A stretch of 64,000 bases of DNA, from the NCBI GenBank assembly GCA_964016885.1, contig OZ024743.1, forward strand, positions 94,612,001 to 94,676,000. The letters are read 5' to 3'. Source of the DNA: Eledone cirrhosa (lineage: Eukaryota). Shown piece by piece: positions 52,480-64,000 of the stretch (position 1 is its first letter; every line of letters begins with the position of its first letter). The notes under the pieces were generated by a model. It saw only the letters and a program-made list of their open reading frames with translations, ran no database searches and was not told the DNA's origin. A program made the translations under genes and the position numbers.

Positions 52480-52730
52480 AGAGGAAGAAAAGTAGGAAAG
52501 GCAATCTGTCCAGCGATTCTTTCCTGATACATTCTAACCACATGCCCATACTATCGTAGCTGTGATCTCTGAATTGGAGAAGTAGCAGCTCTACCTGGAG
52601 TGACTCTCTCATCTCCGAGCTACACACTTTATCGAGTAACGTTACTCTAAAGACCCTTCGGAGGAACCTCATTTCGGTTATTGCTCAAGATTCATGGCCA
52701 TAGATAAGGGTTGGCACGAATACCGTGAAT
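52480..52730 (-). mobile_element. RTE LINE 3' fragment
   Basis: EMRFLRRV..VTLLDKV.SSEMRESL. Confidence 0.7.
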
Positions 52731-52814
52731 ATATATTATCCAATATCAATGATATCAATATAAATAGTATCAATATATGATTTAATATGAATATCAATAT
52801 ATTATCCAATACCA

Positions 52815-53605
52815 ATAATTGTTTCTGATTTATGCACAAGGCTAACCATTTTGAGGGAGAGAAAGTCGATTAAATCGACCCCAGTGCGTTACTGGTACTT
52901 TATGTTATCGACCTCGTAAAGACAATCGTCAAAGCTAACCTCCGTGGGATTTGAAATCAGAACGTAAAGGGACGTAACTAAATGCTACAATGCATTTTGT
53001 CCGAATCTCTAGGGATTTTACCAATCCAGTGCCCTCTACTTTATAAAAAAAAGACAAATACTTAACTCCTGAAATCTAATATCATGTAATAATGATATTT
53101 TAGTCCAAGGTTTGAATTTAAATTTGAATACTTTAATAAAGTCGGTATTTGGTGGGTTTGTGTTTTAGGGTTAACCCTTTTGATATCAACCCGCCTGAAA
53201 CCGCCCATTGTTCTATGATACAAAACTGCCTGTATTAAAACCTTGCATTATAATTTTATTTAAGAACATTTTGTTAAATGATGTTCTAAATATCAGATTA
53301 ATAATAAGGTAAAATATTTTACTAAATTTCTTCATTTTTTAAAATTTCAAAATTAATTGAAATTTGTCCGGTGCTCTACCAATTCTGCCAACCCACCGCC
53401 GTTTCAATATCAATAATTGTTTCTACTTTTGGCACAACGCAAGCAATTACCGCAGTGTATTATTTGTACTTTATTTTATCGACCCCGTAAGGATGAAAGG
53501 CAAAGTCAACCTCCGCGGGATTTGAATTCAGACCATAAAGGGCCGTAACATTTTGCTGCAAAGCATGGCGTCCGACCCTCTACCGATACTGCCAATCCAC
53601 CGCCG
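52815..53605 (-). mobile_element. SINE copies
   Basis: Cores at ~52815-53035 and 53413-53605. Confidence 0.75.
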
Positions 53606-54705
53606 TTTCAATATCAATAATACCGCTATATCAACGCCGTCTGAAGAAGGATTATCCAGAAGACGCAGGATTATATATATATTTTATTATTTCATGCAAA
53701 GCCAAACATTTTAACAGACACTTTTGAGTGCACCAGATTCCCAGTAGAAACAGTAGAAAGCGGTTAACTTCACCCTAACCGGTGGATCTTCAATCGAGCG
53801 TGGGTAGGTAAACGTAAGTGTTTCTATATTCATTTTTTACTATAAAAAATAATGGTGATGTATTATTTATTATGTGCTTCCGGAATAGCTATTTATTTGT
53901 TTGTTTGTTCATTTATTAATGTCCTTAGTTTTACACAACTTCTTGTTTGACGTATTTTTTCTTTAACGTTCATGAGCCACTAAATCCTGTTCCATATAAC
54001 TGTTTTGTCTTTTTCGCCTATGCTCCTACGGTTTTTACACACACCTCACTCGTTTTTAACACCTCATGTAATTGTATGCATGAATTAAATTAATGACTAA
54101 TTTACTTCTAGTTGAGGTTTGGATCAAATATTCAGCATGTCTTCAAAGGAAAGATGCATAAAAAAAGAAAAAGCTATATTTTCTATAGTAAAACGGCACA
54201 TGTTTCTAAATGTACTCTCATACTTCAATGTTTACATCAATAGTAAGTTGCTGAATATCCTCGTCAACTGGGAATAATTACATTAATTTTCCCAAATTGT
54301 TGAATGATAGTCTCAATGGTCTGAGAAAATAAGAAAAAATGAGTTAGTAGCTAGGTGTTAACTCTATTACGTGATCAATTATCATTTAAATCCCCCAAAA
54401 GCCTTGTGTGGTATGTTTCCGAATAAAAACACAAATCACATGCCACTAAATGTGCTTTTTATGAATTTTCAAACGTCACAAACACAAAGGTGTATTTTCA
54501 ATGTTTCTTTTCATTACTCTGGCATAAATCTATAAATGTCTCACTTGATTCTTTTCATTTTAACTGACTCAGGGTTGTATATGAACGATAATTTTGTCAT
54601 ATGTTAATTTGAAACGCCTGTGACACGCAAGTTCAGCAACAAACAAAGATTCAGTGCCAAATGTCCTTTCTAACTACTAAGATATAAAAATATATCATTT
54701 AATTA

Positions 54706-54873
54706 CTGTATTTCCCGGCGCTGAAGACGCTTCGTCTTCGAGAAGGCACCCTAATTTTGACAACCAAAAATTTGAAAAAAATAATATACAACCTTCGGCC
54801 TCCAGGACGCATGGTAGATTTTTGAGACTTATTTTAGGAAAAAAAGTACTGTCTTCGACGCCGGGAAGTACAG
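54706..54873. mobile_element. Tc1/mariner-pogo type MITE
   Basis: TIRs ctgtatttcccggcg / cgccgggaagtacag, TA TSD. Confidence 0.75.
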
Positions 54874-56374
54874 TATTTAATTATTTAATTATTATTAAGG
54901 ACAGACCATAACAAGGAATAACATAGTGTATGCTATTTTACATTTTCCTGGTCTGTAAAATGCAGCTTCCGGTCAAAGGTAAGTAATATCAAATCCATAT
55001 CATGGACCCTTAACTCCTAATGGAGTCGTCGAGGTGCTGGCGTGACTTACGACATGACTCAAGTATTTAAATCTGGCGGAGTCCATCTCTGTTTATGTCT
55101 GAACACAACTGAGTTCTTCCAGAGAAAGAAAAGGAGAGGGCGAGAGAGGGGAGAGGGTATAAAGGTAAAATCGACCTCAGTATTGGACTAGACATGAAAC
55201 AAAGTATTGGTGGTGGTAGTGGCTAGGGATATGTGCAACTCAAATACTTCCAAGGCGGTGTCCCAGCATAACTGCAGTAAAATAATTGAAACAAGTAAAA
55301 GAATAGATGAATAAAAGAATAACTAACAAGAGGACAGCGTTTCTCTCCCCGGCTTCTTAAACATCACCCCCCCCCCTCTGCCCCCCACATTTTGGTAGGC
55401 AGTGAAATGTAACTGCCCCCAGTGTCCTTTCTTAAGTAAGAACGCCAGTCAAGGGAGGCAAAATATTTTGTTACATAACTATGCAATGTTCTGTTGTTTT
55501 GTGTTCCTGAAAATTAACCAATGTTCAGAATTAAGCTTTTACAAGTAAATTTTGGCCACAAATGTCCTGCCTTTGTTACCGACTTCATTTTGCTATTTAT
55601 GAAGTTGTTATTGTGTGTGTGTGTGTGTATGTGTGTGTGTGTGTACGTGTGCGCGCGTGTGTGTGTGTATTTACCCATAACAGTCGGCGCTATCTGTATA
55701 TGTCACGTAACATGTTCCATCGATTGACTACCACGCATCGCAAATCGATAATAGACAGACAAACAGCTAGTGCTTATCACATTCTTGAGTAATGTACTGT
55801 TCTTCAGGGCGTATAAGGCTTATAAATATTAGTTTCTCTCTTGGTGTGGTGATCCTAGCTATTTCTTGTATTAGGTTACGCTTTTGTTTTTCTTGATGAC
55901 TTAATTCTCTATAGATCTTCTTTTTTATGTTTAGAATTAATGTTCGTTTTAGCCTATCTGCTTGTTTTTTGGTGAGTTGTAATCTTCTAACGTCGGTATT
56001 GATGGTGTTGGCATTGATATTCTGGACGAGGCACACTGCTTTATGAAGCATAGTTGTCGAGATGTTATGGTTTTTCGTAGACAACAGAACATGGTGGTTT
56101 TCAGTATCTTGTTAGCCTGGCTAAGGCTTACGATATTTCGTTTCTGAATTTGTTTAGCAAGATTCTTTATCTGAAATCGTGTGTTGAAACCGATATTGTT
56201 ATACTTTGGGAGGGTCATGTTGCCAATAAGAAACACACGCACCAGTTGCTTTCACTTCAATTTATTATATATTTATAAATTTATAAATTTACAAATCTAC
56301 AAATTTATAAATTTCGGGTTGGTTGGTTGGTTCCACAACCAGATAGTTGTTTATATATAGTCATAGTCCTTTCG

Positions 56375-59369
56375 TCACACACTCTGTAACCTCTGATTGT
56401 AGACAGAAAACTGCATACGGTGGGTGAAGTGTTGTATGTGTCTCTCTAGTTCTTCGGGGTTGCACATGCGGGACACATTTCTCATCACCCGTACCAAATA
56501 CGCAATCAGTATGTTGATTTTGGTATGGTCCGAAATGGCCGAGTTTCGGTGGATCAGATGTTTGGAAGTCATGGGTTTGGCATAATGGGAATGGAGGATT
56601 TGTTTTTGGTTGTTAATGGTATCTAACCAGAGCTCTGTGTCTAGTACAGGTAATCGATGGTTGGGGTGTCTACTTGGGTAGTCTATAGTAACTCTAATGC
56701 TCTGGTGGATGGAGTTTGCTATTTGCTGGATGCTTTCCATTGTGTTTTTCTCTAGTTCCTGACTGTTCTCTAGTGGGGGTGTCTTAACTAAGATGTTTAT
56801 ATCATCTACGTAGCGGGAGTACATTATCAGGGTTAAGCTGTCTTCTAATTGTTCTTTAAGTTTAAGTTTAAGTCTACTGTCCCACCATACCATGAATAAG
56901 TTAGCTATGTCGCCTGCAATGCTAACACCAATGGCTGCTCCTTCCTCTTGGGCATATGCTTTTCCATTAAATTTGAACATATGTTCCTTAAAGGTTAATT
57001 TTATGCTGGCCCCTACCGCATGTGCAATCATTTTCTTCAGTTCATCGTGGTTTTCGGGTGTCCGTATGGCTCTGGTCCACCCGTTCCATCTATCTGTGTG
57101 GGTTTTCTTGGTCATTGAGGTAATGGTAGGTGGTCTGCCTCTTGCTGGTCTTGTAGGGCACAGGTTGCTAAGGTCATATGTGTCTAGGTAACTATTACTA
57201 TGGGTAAGCTTAAGTAGAAGTCCCAGCTCACTGGTATCAATCCCACGGAACTCAACCTTGCTCTCGCTGATCATTTCTACGCATTTCTCCACAGCAAAAT
57301 CCACGTCAATAGATGGATACAGGGACACAACATCCATACTGCCTATTATGCAGTTTGTTAGGTCCCCAGATCGGTTACCCACGCCGATTCTGCTGAGGAG
57401 GTCCTCCGTGCTGTCACATACATCTGGGGACATCTCAATGATGGGGCGTATGATCAGGGAGAGGAAGTAGGACAGTCTGTAGTTACTAGCAATGTTAGCT
57501 CCACAGACCGGCCGTGTTGGTGGTCCCGCGACAGGGTCACAGCCCGTTTTATGGTCTTTTCGAAGCCCATACAACGCCGGCACGTCATTGTTCCAGGCCT
57601 GGAAGTTGTTGGCAGTCCTTTTGTTGGGCTGCATTATATTCGTCCACATCACCATATGGGCATTGAGGGCTTTTTCTCTATCCTCATGCTCCTGTGGTGT
57701 TACCTCTCTTGTGTTAGTGATGTGGGGTTGCATTGCCTGGATGTAGTTTGGCAGGCTGTCAACCGACATTCTGCCAGACTTGTCTGTTGGAAAGCATGCT
57801 ATTTCTCCATTACGTGAGCGCTGCATGAGCTTACGCAAGCAATTTGCAGGTTTTTCTCCCAGTTGCTGGGCCTCTATTCTATTATGCTTCTTGCTATACT
57901 GTTCTATAATATTTCTAAGTTCGGATCTAGCTATACTAAATTGTGCTTCTGTTTGTTCATCGACCTGCGACGGCAACTGCGTGCGTTTGTTAAATGGTAA
58001 AGTCGTGGCGTGGACTCGTCGCAGGTCGAATGATTTATCGGAGGGATTATAAAACGGAGAGTTCCAGGCTGCTGCTTTATGTGTACTAGTGCTATTGTTA
58101 TTGTTAGTTGTGTTGTTTCTATTTCTATTTCCACCAACAGCCTCATGGTTGTTTCTATGTCTCTCATAATTACTCCTGTCTCTTTCCACTGGCTCAATGT
58201 TGTTATCTACCCTATTTTGTGTGTCTGTGTGTTCGTCTTGGTTATTCTCTTTGTCCTTAGTCTCCCTTCTCCTTTTAATCCTATTACTTTCCCTTATTTC
58301 TGTGATTTCTGTGCTACTGTCATTACTTGTTTTCTGTGTCTGTGTGTTTGTTAAGATTGTGGTGGTGGTGAGAGGCATTGAATGCGTGTGTGTTGTTGTT
58401 GTTGATGTGTGCTGTTGTTGATGTGTGTTGTTGTTGTCTCCGTGTGTGTTATCGTTGTTGTGTGTGTTGTTATTGTTGTTTGTGTCTGCGTGTCTGTTGT
58501 TGTTGTTTCTGGGTATGTTGTTATTGTTGTTGTTGTTGATGTGTGTGTTGTTGTTATTGTTGTTTGTGTCTGTGTGTCTGTTGTTGTTGGGATGTGTGTT
58601 GTATATGTGTGTGCGTATATTGTTGCTTTTGTTTTTGATGCTCCAGCGTAGTTTTGTAAATGATTTTTCTATTTCTGACAGACAACTAATCATATTTACC
58701 TTCTTGAATGTCGCAAATTTCGGCGGCAAACATAACACAGACATTTCATCATTATCTATTTTTGCGTTCCCATATATGTTGGTGTTTTTGTTGTTGAACT
58801 CTTCTGATAATGAGGTGTCGGCCATGTTGATACCGTCAATTTTGTCGGGATATCTATTGGTATACTCTATAGTATCCTGATTTAGCTTTGCCTGTTTAAG
58901 CCACTTTAGTTTCCTGTTAAAGTGCTTATCACATTCTTGAGTAATGTACTGTTCTTCAGGGCGTATAAGGCTTATAAATATTAGTTTCTCTCTTGGTGTG
59001 GTGATCCTAGCTATTTCTTGTATTAGGTTACGCTTTTGTTTTTCTTGATGACTTAATTCTCTATAGATCTTCTTTTTTATGTTTAGAATTAATGTTCGTT
59101 TTAGCCTATCTGCTTGTTTTTTTGGTGAGTTGTAATCTTCTAACGTCGGTATTGATGGTGTTCGTGTAGATTCTGGACGAGGCACACTGCTTTATGAAGC
59201 ATAGTTGTCGAGATGTTATGGTTTTTCGTAGACAACAGAACATGGTGGTTTTCAGTATCTTGTTAGCCTTGCTAAGGCTTACGATATTTCGTTTCTGAAT
59301 TTGTTTAGCAAGATTCTTTATCTGAAATCGTGTGTTGAAACCGATATTGTTATACTTTGGGAGGGTCAT
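56375..59369 (-). CDS. PLE reverse transcriptase ORF lacking the endonuclease (one homopolymer frameshift near 59120)
   Basis: PTDKSG, RPVCGA, SMDVVSLYPSI, QEEGAAIG, MVWWD, RYVDD, LPVLD; in-frame N/T/H-rich tract; truncated after YNQR. Confidence 0.8.
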
Positions 59370-59509
59370 GTTGCCAATAAGAAACATACGCACCAGTTGC
59401 TTTCACTTCAATTTATTATATATTTATAAATTTATAAATTTACAAATCTACAAATTTATAAATTTCTGGTTGGTTGGTTGGTTCCACAACCAGATAGTTG
59501 TTTATATAT

Positions 59510-59554
59510 AGTCATAGTCCTTTCGTCACACACTCTGTGACCTCTTCAGTGACT
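59510..59554 (-). ncRNA. Minimal hammerhead ribozyme in the PLE pLTR
   Basis: agtca-CTGAAGA-g gtcaca(gagtg)tgtgac-GAAA g ga c TA-tgact. Confidence 0.8.
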
Positions 59555-59758
59555 GGGGATTCCTTTCTTTGTTTCTGTGCCTTTCCTTTCTTCTGTCCTA
59601 CGCCATTTTGTTTCTGTGTGTGTGTTGTGTGCTCAGTTTGCGCATGCGCCACATCCGGGTGTCTGTGTGTGTTTGTGTTCATTTATCTATTTGTTTATTT
59701 ATTTACATGTTATTGGTTGGTTGTTTGTTCTATGTGTGTGTGTGTTTTCATTTTGTCC

Positions 59759-61600
59759 TTAATTGTAAGTTGTGATGTTGCTGTTCCACTCATATTTTCT
59801 ATTTAATTTTGGTTGTAATTCTTTTATGTTTATTGCCTCTGTAATTTGTCTAAACATTGCATCTTTTCTGTGTGTAGATTCTATTTTTATTTCTATGTTC
59901 TCTAATTTACCCTTGTGTTCTATCTTAGCATGTTGGTAGAGTACAGATGATTCTTTATTATCTTGAAGGTCTCGCCAGGGTTCATTTATCCGTTCCCCTA
60001 TACTACGAGCTGTCTCACCTATGTACACTATATTTTTGTTTCTACATTGTCCTTCAGTACATCTTATGCTATACACTACATTTCTAGTTTTACAGTTAAT
60101 ATGGGGGCTTATTTTACAGGTTATACATTTCTTATCTATACATGAGGGTCTTTGGAACGGGTATGTCTTGCTAATAAGTGTTTTTACGGAGGTACCTGGT
60201 CTTTCTACTATCTTAATATTGAGTTTATGTTTATTTAGGGCCCTTCTAAATTTGTAGGCTAGTTCGCCTCTAGGGGTTGTGTCGATGAACATTACACTCT
60301 GGTATTTATTGCTATCATACCATGAGTTTATTCTATTGGCCTTGTTCCTAGTTCTTTCTATTCTATTCCAAAATTTGCTCCTATACAAGGGGCAGGTCCC
60401 ATTTATGTCATTATTTACCATTTTTTCCCATTTGGTTCTGGCTCCTCTATACACTCTGATTCTATCTCTCTGATTGTAGACAGAGAACTGCATACGATGG
60501 GTGAAGTGTTGTATGTGTCTCTCTAGTTCTTCGGGGTTGCACATGCGGGACACATTTCTCATCACCCGTACCAAATACGCAATCAGTATGTTGATTTTGG
60601 TATGGTCCGAAATGGCCGAGTTTCGGTGGATCAGATGTTTGGAAGTCATGGGTTTGGCATAATGGGAATGGAGGATTTGTTTTTGGTTGTTAATGGTATC
60701 TAACCAGAGCTCTGTCTAGTACAGGTAATCGATGGTTGGGGTGTCTACTTGGGTAGTCTATAGTAACTCTAATGCTCTGGTGGATGGAGTTTGCTATTTG
60801 CTGGATGCTTTCCATTGTGTTTTTCTCTAGTTCCTGACTGTTCTCTAGTGGGGGTGTCTTAACTACGATGTTTATATCATCTACGTAGCGGGAGTATATT
60901 ATCAGGGTTAAGCTGTCTTCTAATTGTTCTTTAAGTTTAAGTCTACTGTCCCACCATACCATGAATAAGTTAGCTATGTCGCCTGCAATGCTAACACCAA
61001 TGGCTGCTCCTTCCTCTTGGGCATATGCTTTTCCATTAAATTTGAACATATGTTCCTTAAGGGTTAATTTTATGCTGGCCCCTACCGCATGTGCAATCAT
61101 TTTCTTCAGTTCATCGTGGTTTTCGGGTGTCCGTATGGCTCTGGTCCACCCGTTCCATCTATCTGTGTGGGTTTTCTTGGTCATTGAGGTAATGGTAGGT
61201 GGTCTGCCTCTTGCTGGTCAGGTTGCTAAGGTCATATGTGTCTAGGTAACTATTACTATGGGTAAGCTTAAGTAGAAGTCCCAGCTCACTGGTATCAATC
61301 CCACAGAACACAACCTTGCTCTCGCTGATCATTTCTACGCATTTCTCCACAGCAAAATCCACGTCAATAGATGGATACAGGGACACAACATCCATACTGC
61401 CTATTATGCAGTTTGTTAGGTCCCCAGATCGGTTACCCATGCCGATTCTGCTGAGGAGGTCCTCCGTGCTGTCACATACATCTGGGGACATCTCAATGAT
61501 GGGGCGTATGATCAGGCAGAGGAAGTAGGACAGTCTGTAGTTACTAGCAATGTTAGCTCCACAGACTGGCCGTGTTGGTGGTCCCGCGACAGGGTCACAG
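59759..61600 (-). pseudogene. 5'-truncated PLE copy: frameshifted RT plus open GIY-YIG frame
   Basis: RYVDD; CIDKKCITC linker; VVYSIRC...YIGETARS..ER, EAI.I...PKLNRKYEW. Confidence 0.85.
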
Positions 61601-61683
61601 CAAAAGGACTGCCAACAACTTCCAGGCCTGGAACAATGACGTGCCGGCGTTGTATGGGCTTCGAAAAGACCATAAAACGGGCT

Positions 61684-63701
61684 GTTTACTTAAAGGGAGA
61701 TAATCTTTGAATATTTTCATATTTCATAAATTATTATTTTATGTCCTAGGTCGAAGGCAAATAATCGATCAAATAGTTTCGGTTACTCTCGGGTCCTTTT
61801 AGTTTACATATTGAGACCCCAACCCACCCTATTCATTTTGTAACGTATGTGATTTCGGGTAATGTACTATTTCAGTCATATAAACGACAGGTGGGGATGG
61901 AACAGGAGCGGTCGGTATGGACACATTTGAAAAATTAACAAGCGGGGTGTCGGGGAGGGATTGTTCGAGACCCGTGAGTAGGTGAATATTAACATAGTAA
62001 CGATATCTCGGTAGCGCTAGTTTACTTAAAGGGAGATAATCTTTGAACATTTTCATATATAATTTATTATTTAGGATGCTTTCCCCAATCATATGTTAAA
62101 GGGAGATAATCGGTAAAAGGTATCGGTTAAAAGAAATTTCAGAGTATATCAATTTAAGCCAAATTGAATTTAAATCACCTATATCAAGCTAAATCAAATC
62201 AAATCAATATCATTATCTATATTCAGAATTGGTTTGATCTTTTTAATAAAATTCTTTTCTTCTATGAATTTGTTTTGCGAGATTTCTTATCTTGAAACAG
62301 ATATTGTTATACTTTGGGTGGGTCGTGTTGTCAATAAGAATACACGCACATGTCAGTTTTCACTTCAATTTATCATAAATTTCCGGTTGATGGGTTGGTT
62401 CAGTAACCGGAGGATTGTTTATATATTGTCAAAGTTCTTTCGTAACACATTCTGTAACCTTTTCAGTGACTAGGTTGTTTTATTTTGTGTGTAGCTCCTT
62501 TGTTCTGTCCTGCACCATCTTGTTTTTGTGTGTTCTTTTCTTTTACATTTCTTTCAACTTCATTTGAGTCCTGAAGTTTATAAAATGGGAATATTATTAT
62601 TTTTTTAATGCGTCAGTTTCCCAAATGACTACTTAGGGTCTTTGATCTGTTGATGGTGTACTGATGAATGTGTGTATTGTTTATATGGACCCGTAACTCC
62701 TGGAGGAACCGTGGGTGTCGCCTTTGCCATTTTGTTAGCGGGGCATGGCTGAGGCACCGCTTAGACTAAATTATAGTATCTGTCCCTCCCCATTTCCCTT
62801 TCAATCGTTGCTTGAATATTGGTTGCTACGAGACGTGTAGAATACTCTATGCTGAGTAAATATAACAATCAATTGTTTCTTTTATCCTGGACATCCTGCT
62901 TGGCGCATCTACTGGCTCATCTACAGCGAAGTCAAAGGAAGTTCTAGCCAGACAAAGCTATAACGCCGAAGCAAATCAATTAAACCGTTGATTGAAGCTA
63001 TACCTACATATAGAATTAGAGAGAAAGTGACGTCCTCTATCAACTAACTTACCCTGTGGATCCCGGTCGACAAGATAGAGAATACATTGCCTCGAAGGTC
63101 GGTGAGCGAGACGCGCTGGAACAGCCATTCCACCATGCGGGGATCGCACCTGAGGAAGGCCAACCCCGCTCCAATAGCAGTGAGTAGGAATGTGGTCTGG
63201 GGATAGTGGGGGTGACAAGAATGCCGGAAATCTCTACTGCTACAGGCCCTATCACAAACCTATCAGAGAGCGGCCGTTACTTTTCTTGATTTAAATCCAA
63301 ATAACGTTTACAATTTCCGCGTATGATTTTAATGTATAAAAATAGGAAAATATATGATGTAATATTATGTTTATTCAGATTCATAATAAAACTCAATTAT
63401 AATTCTTTGTATGAAAAATAAATAATTATTTTGATAAATGAATAAATGATTACAAAAGGTAACGAAATGAAAAAGTTCATGTGATATTCTGTTCAAAATT
63501 AGCACCGGATTTCGTAAATATATATAGATATATCTCACCATATATTTATTTATATATCTGTTTACTATTGTTAAATAGTGTTCCATATTTCTATCTTTCT
63601 CACCATTCATTCTCCATATACACAACCATTTATTCATCAATCAATCCATCCATTTTTTCTTCCATCCATCCATCCGTCCATCCATCCATCCATCCATCCA
63701 T

Positions 63702-63737
<36 letters not shown>

Positions 63738-64000
63738 CCATCCATCCATCCATCCATCCATCCATCCATCCATCCAAGCCATACATCTTCCCATCCTGCA
63801 ATCCATTCTTACGTTGACTGTTGTTAAATGATGTTCTCTCTTAAACAGTACAATTCAAACGTCTTTTGAAACTACACGTTCAAATGTGTAGTTTCATTAG
63901 GAATGTTGCTTAGTAAAAATGTTGCTGGGTTAAAATCTATAATGACAGTATCCACGAATACATCTTTTTGTCGTGGGGTCAAACCTTCTACCATAGCCAC
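61684..64000. repeat. Segmental duplication, copy 2
   Basis: Near-identical to 29279-31589. Confidence 0.95.
63930..64000 (-). CDS. 3' end of a tandem tyrosinase-CBD paralog (continues beyond the window)
   Basis: Reads GYGRRFDPTTKRCIRGYCHYRF* versus GYGRRFDPITKRCIPGYCHYRF* in copy 1. Confidence 0.75.
   Translation of the reverse strand, partial: GYGRRFDPTTKRCIRGYCHYRF

Larger units (their letters stand above)
55768..61685 (-). mobile_element. Tandem Penelope-like element array (possibly Naiad-type) with 5' inversion
   Basis: Three partial copies head-to-tail; pLTR with hammerhead at 59510-59554; 61601-61685 is the inverse of ~57539-57623. Confidence 0.9.

Noticed and set aside
53641-53770. 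CTGAAGA...GAAAC as a hammerhead
   Set aside because: Stems I and III cannot be formed convincingly
56375-60649. Selenoprotein-encoding PLE (known for some Naiad elements)
   Set aside because: No in-frame TGA at Cys positions in these frames and no SECIS recognised

Overview
Eukaryotic, AT-rich, microsatellite-dense animal DNA; the SINE and repeat content suggest a cephalopod such as Octopus (inference). One host gene is supported: a minus-strand, 4-coding-exon secreted tyrosinase (about 727 aa). It has a signal peptide, six copper-binding His, a Thr-rich linker and a C-terminal chitin-binding (CBM14/peritrophin-A-like) exon that the ORF track reads in the wrong frame. The 3' end of a tandem paralog lies 32,411 bp away at the window edge. 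The rest is mostly transposon-derived: two types of Penelope-like element (RT + GIY-YIG), a decayed Helitron, L1/Tx1, RTE, CR1 and R4-like LINE fragments, about 14 tRNA-derived SINEs and several MITEs. The most striking unannotated signal is about 15 hammerhead ribozyme motifs (about 10 with intact cores) in at least six sequence families. They sit in Penelope pseudo-LTRs, in fold-back palindromes and in non-coding 420-560 nt partial-tandem retrozyme-like units embedded in (TA)n. Some show covariation, four families share a U.U pair closing stem II, and two carry upstream octamer motifs. All RNA structures were folded by eye; none is tested.
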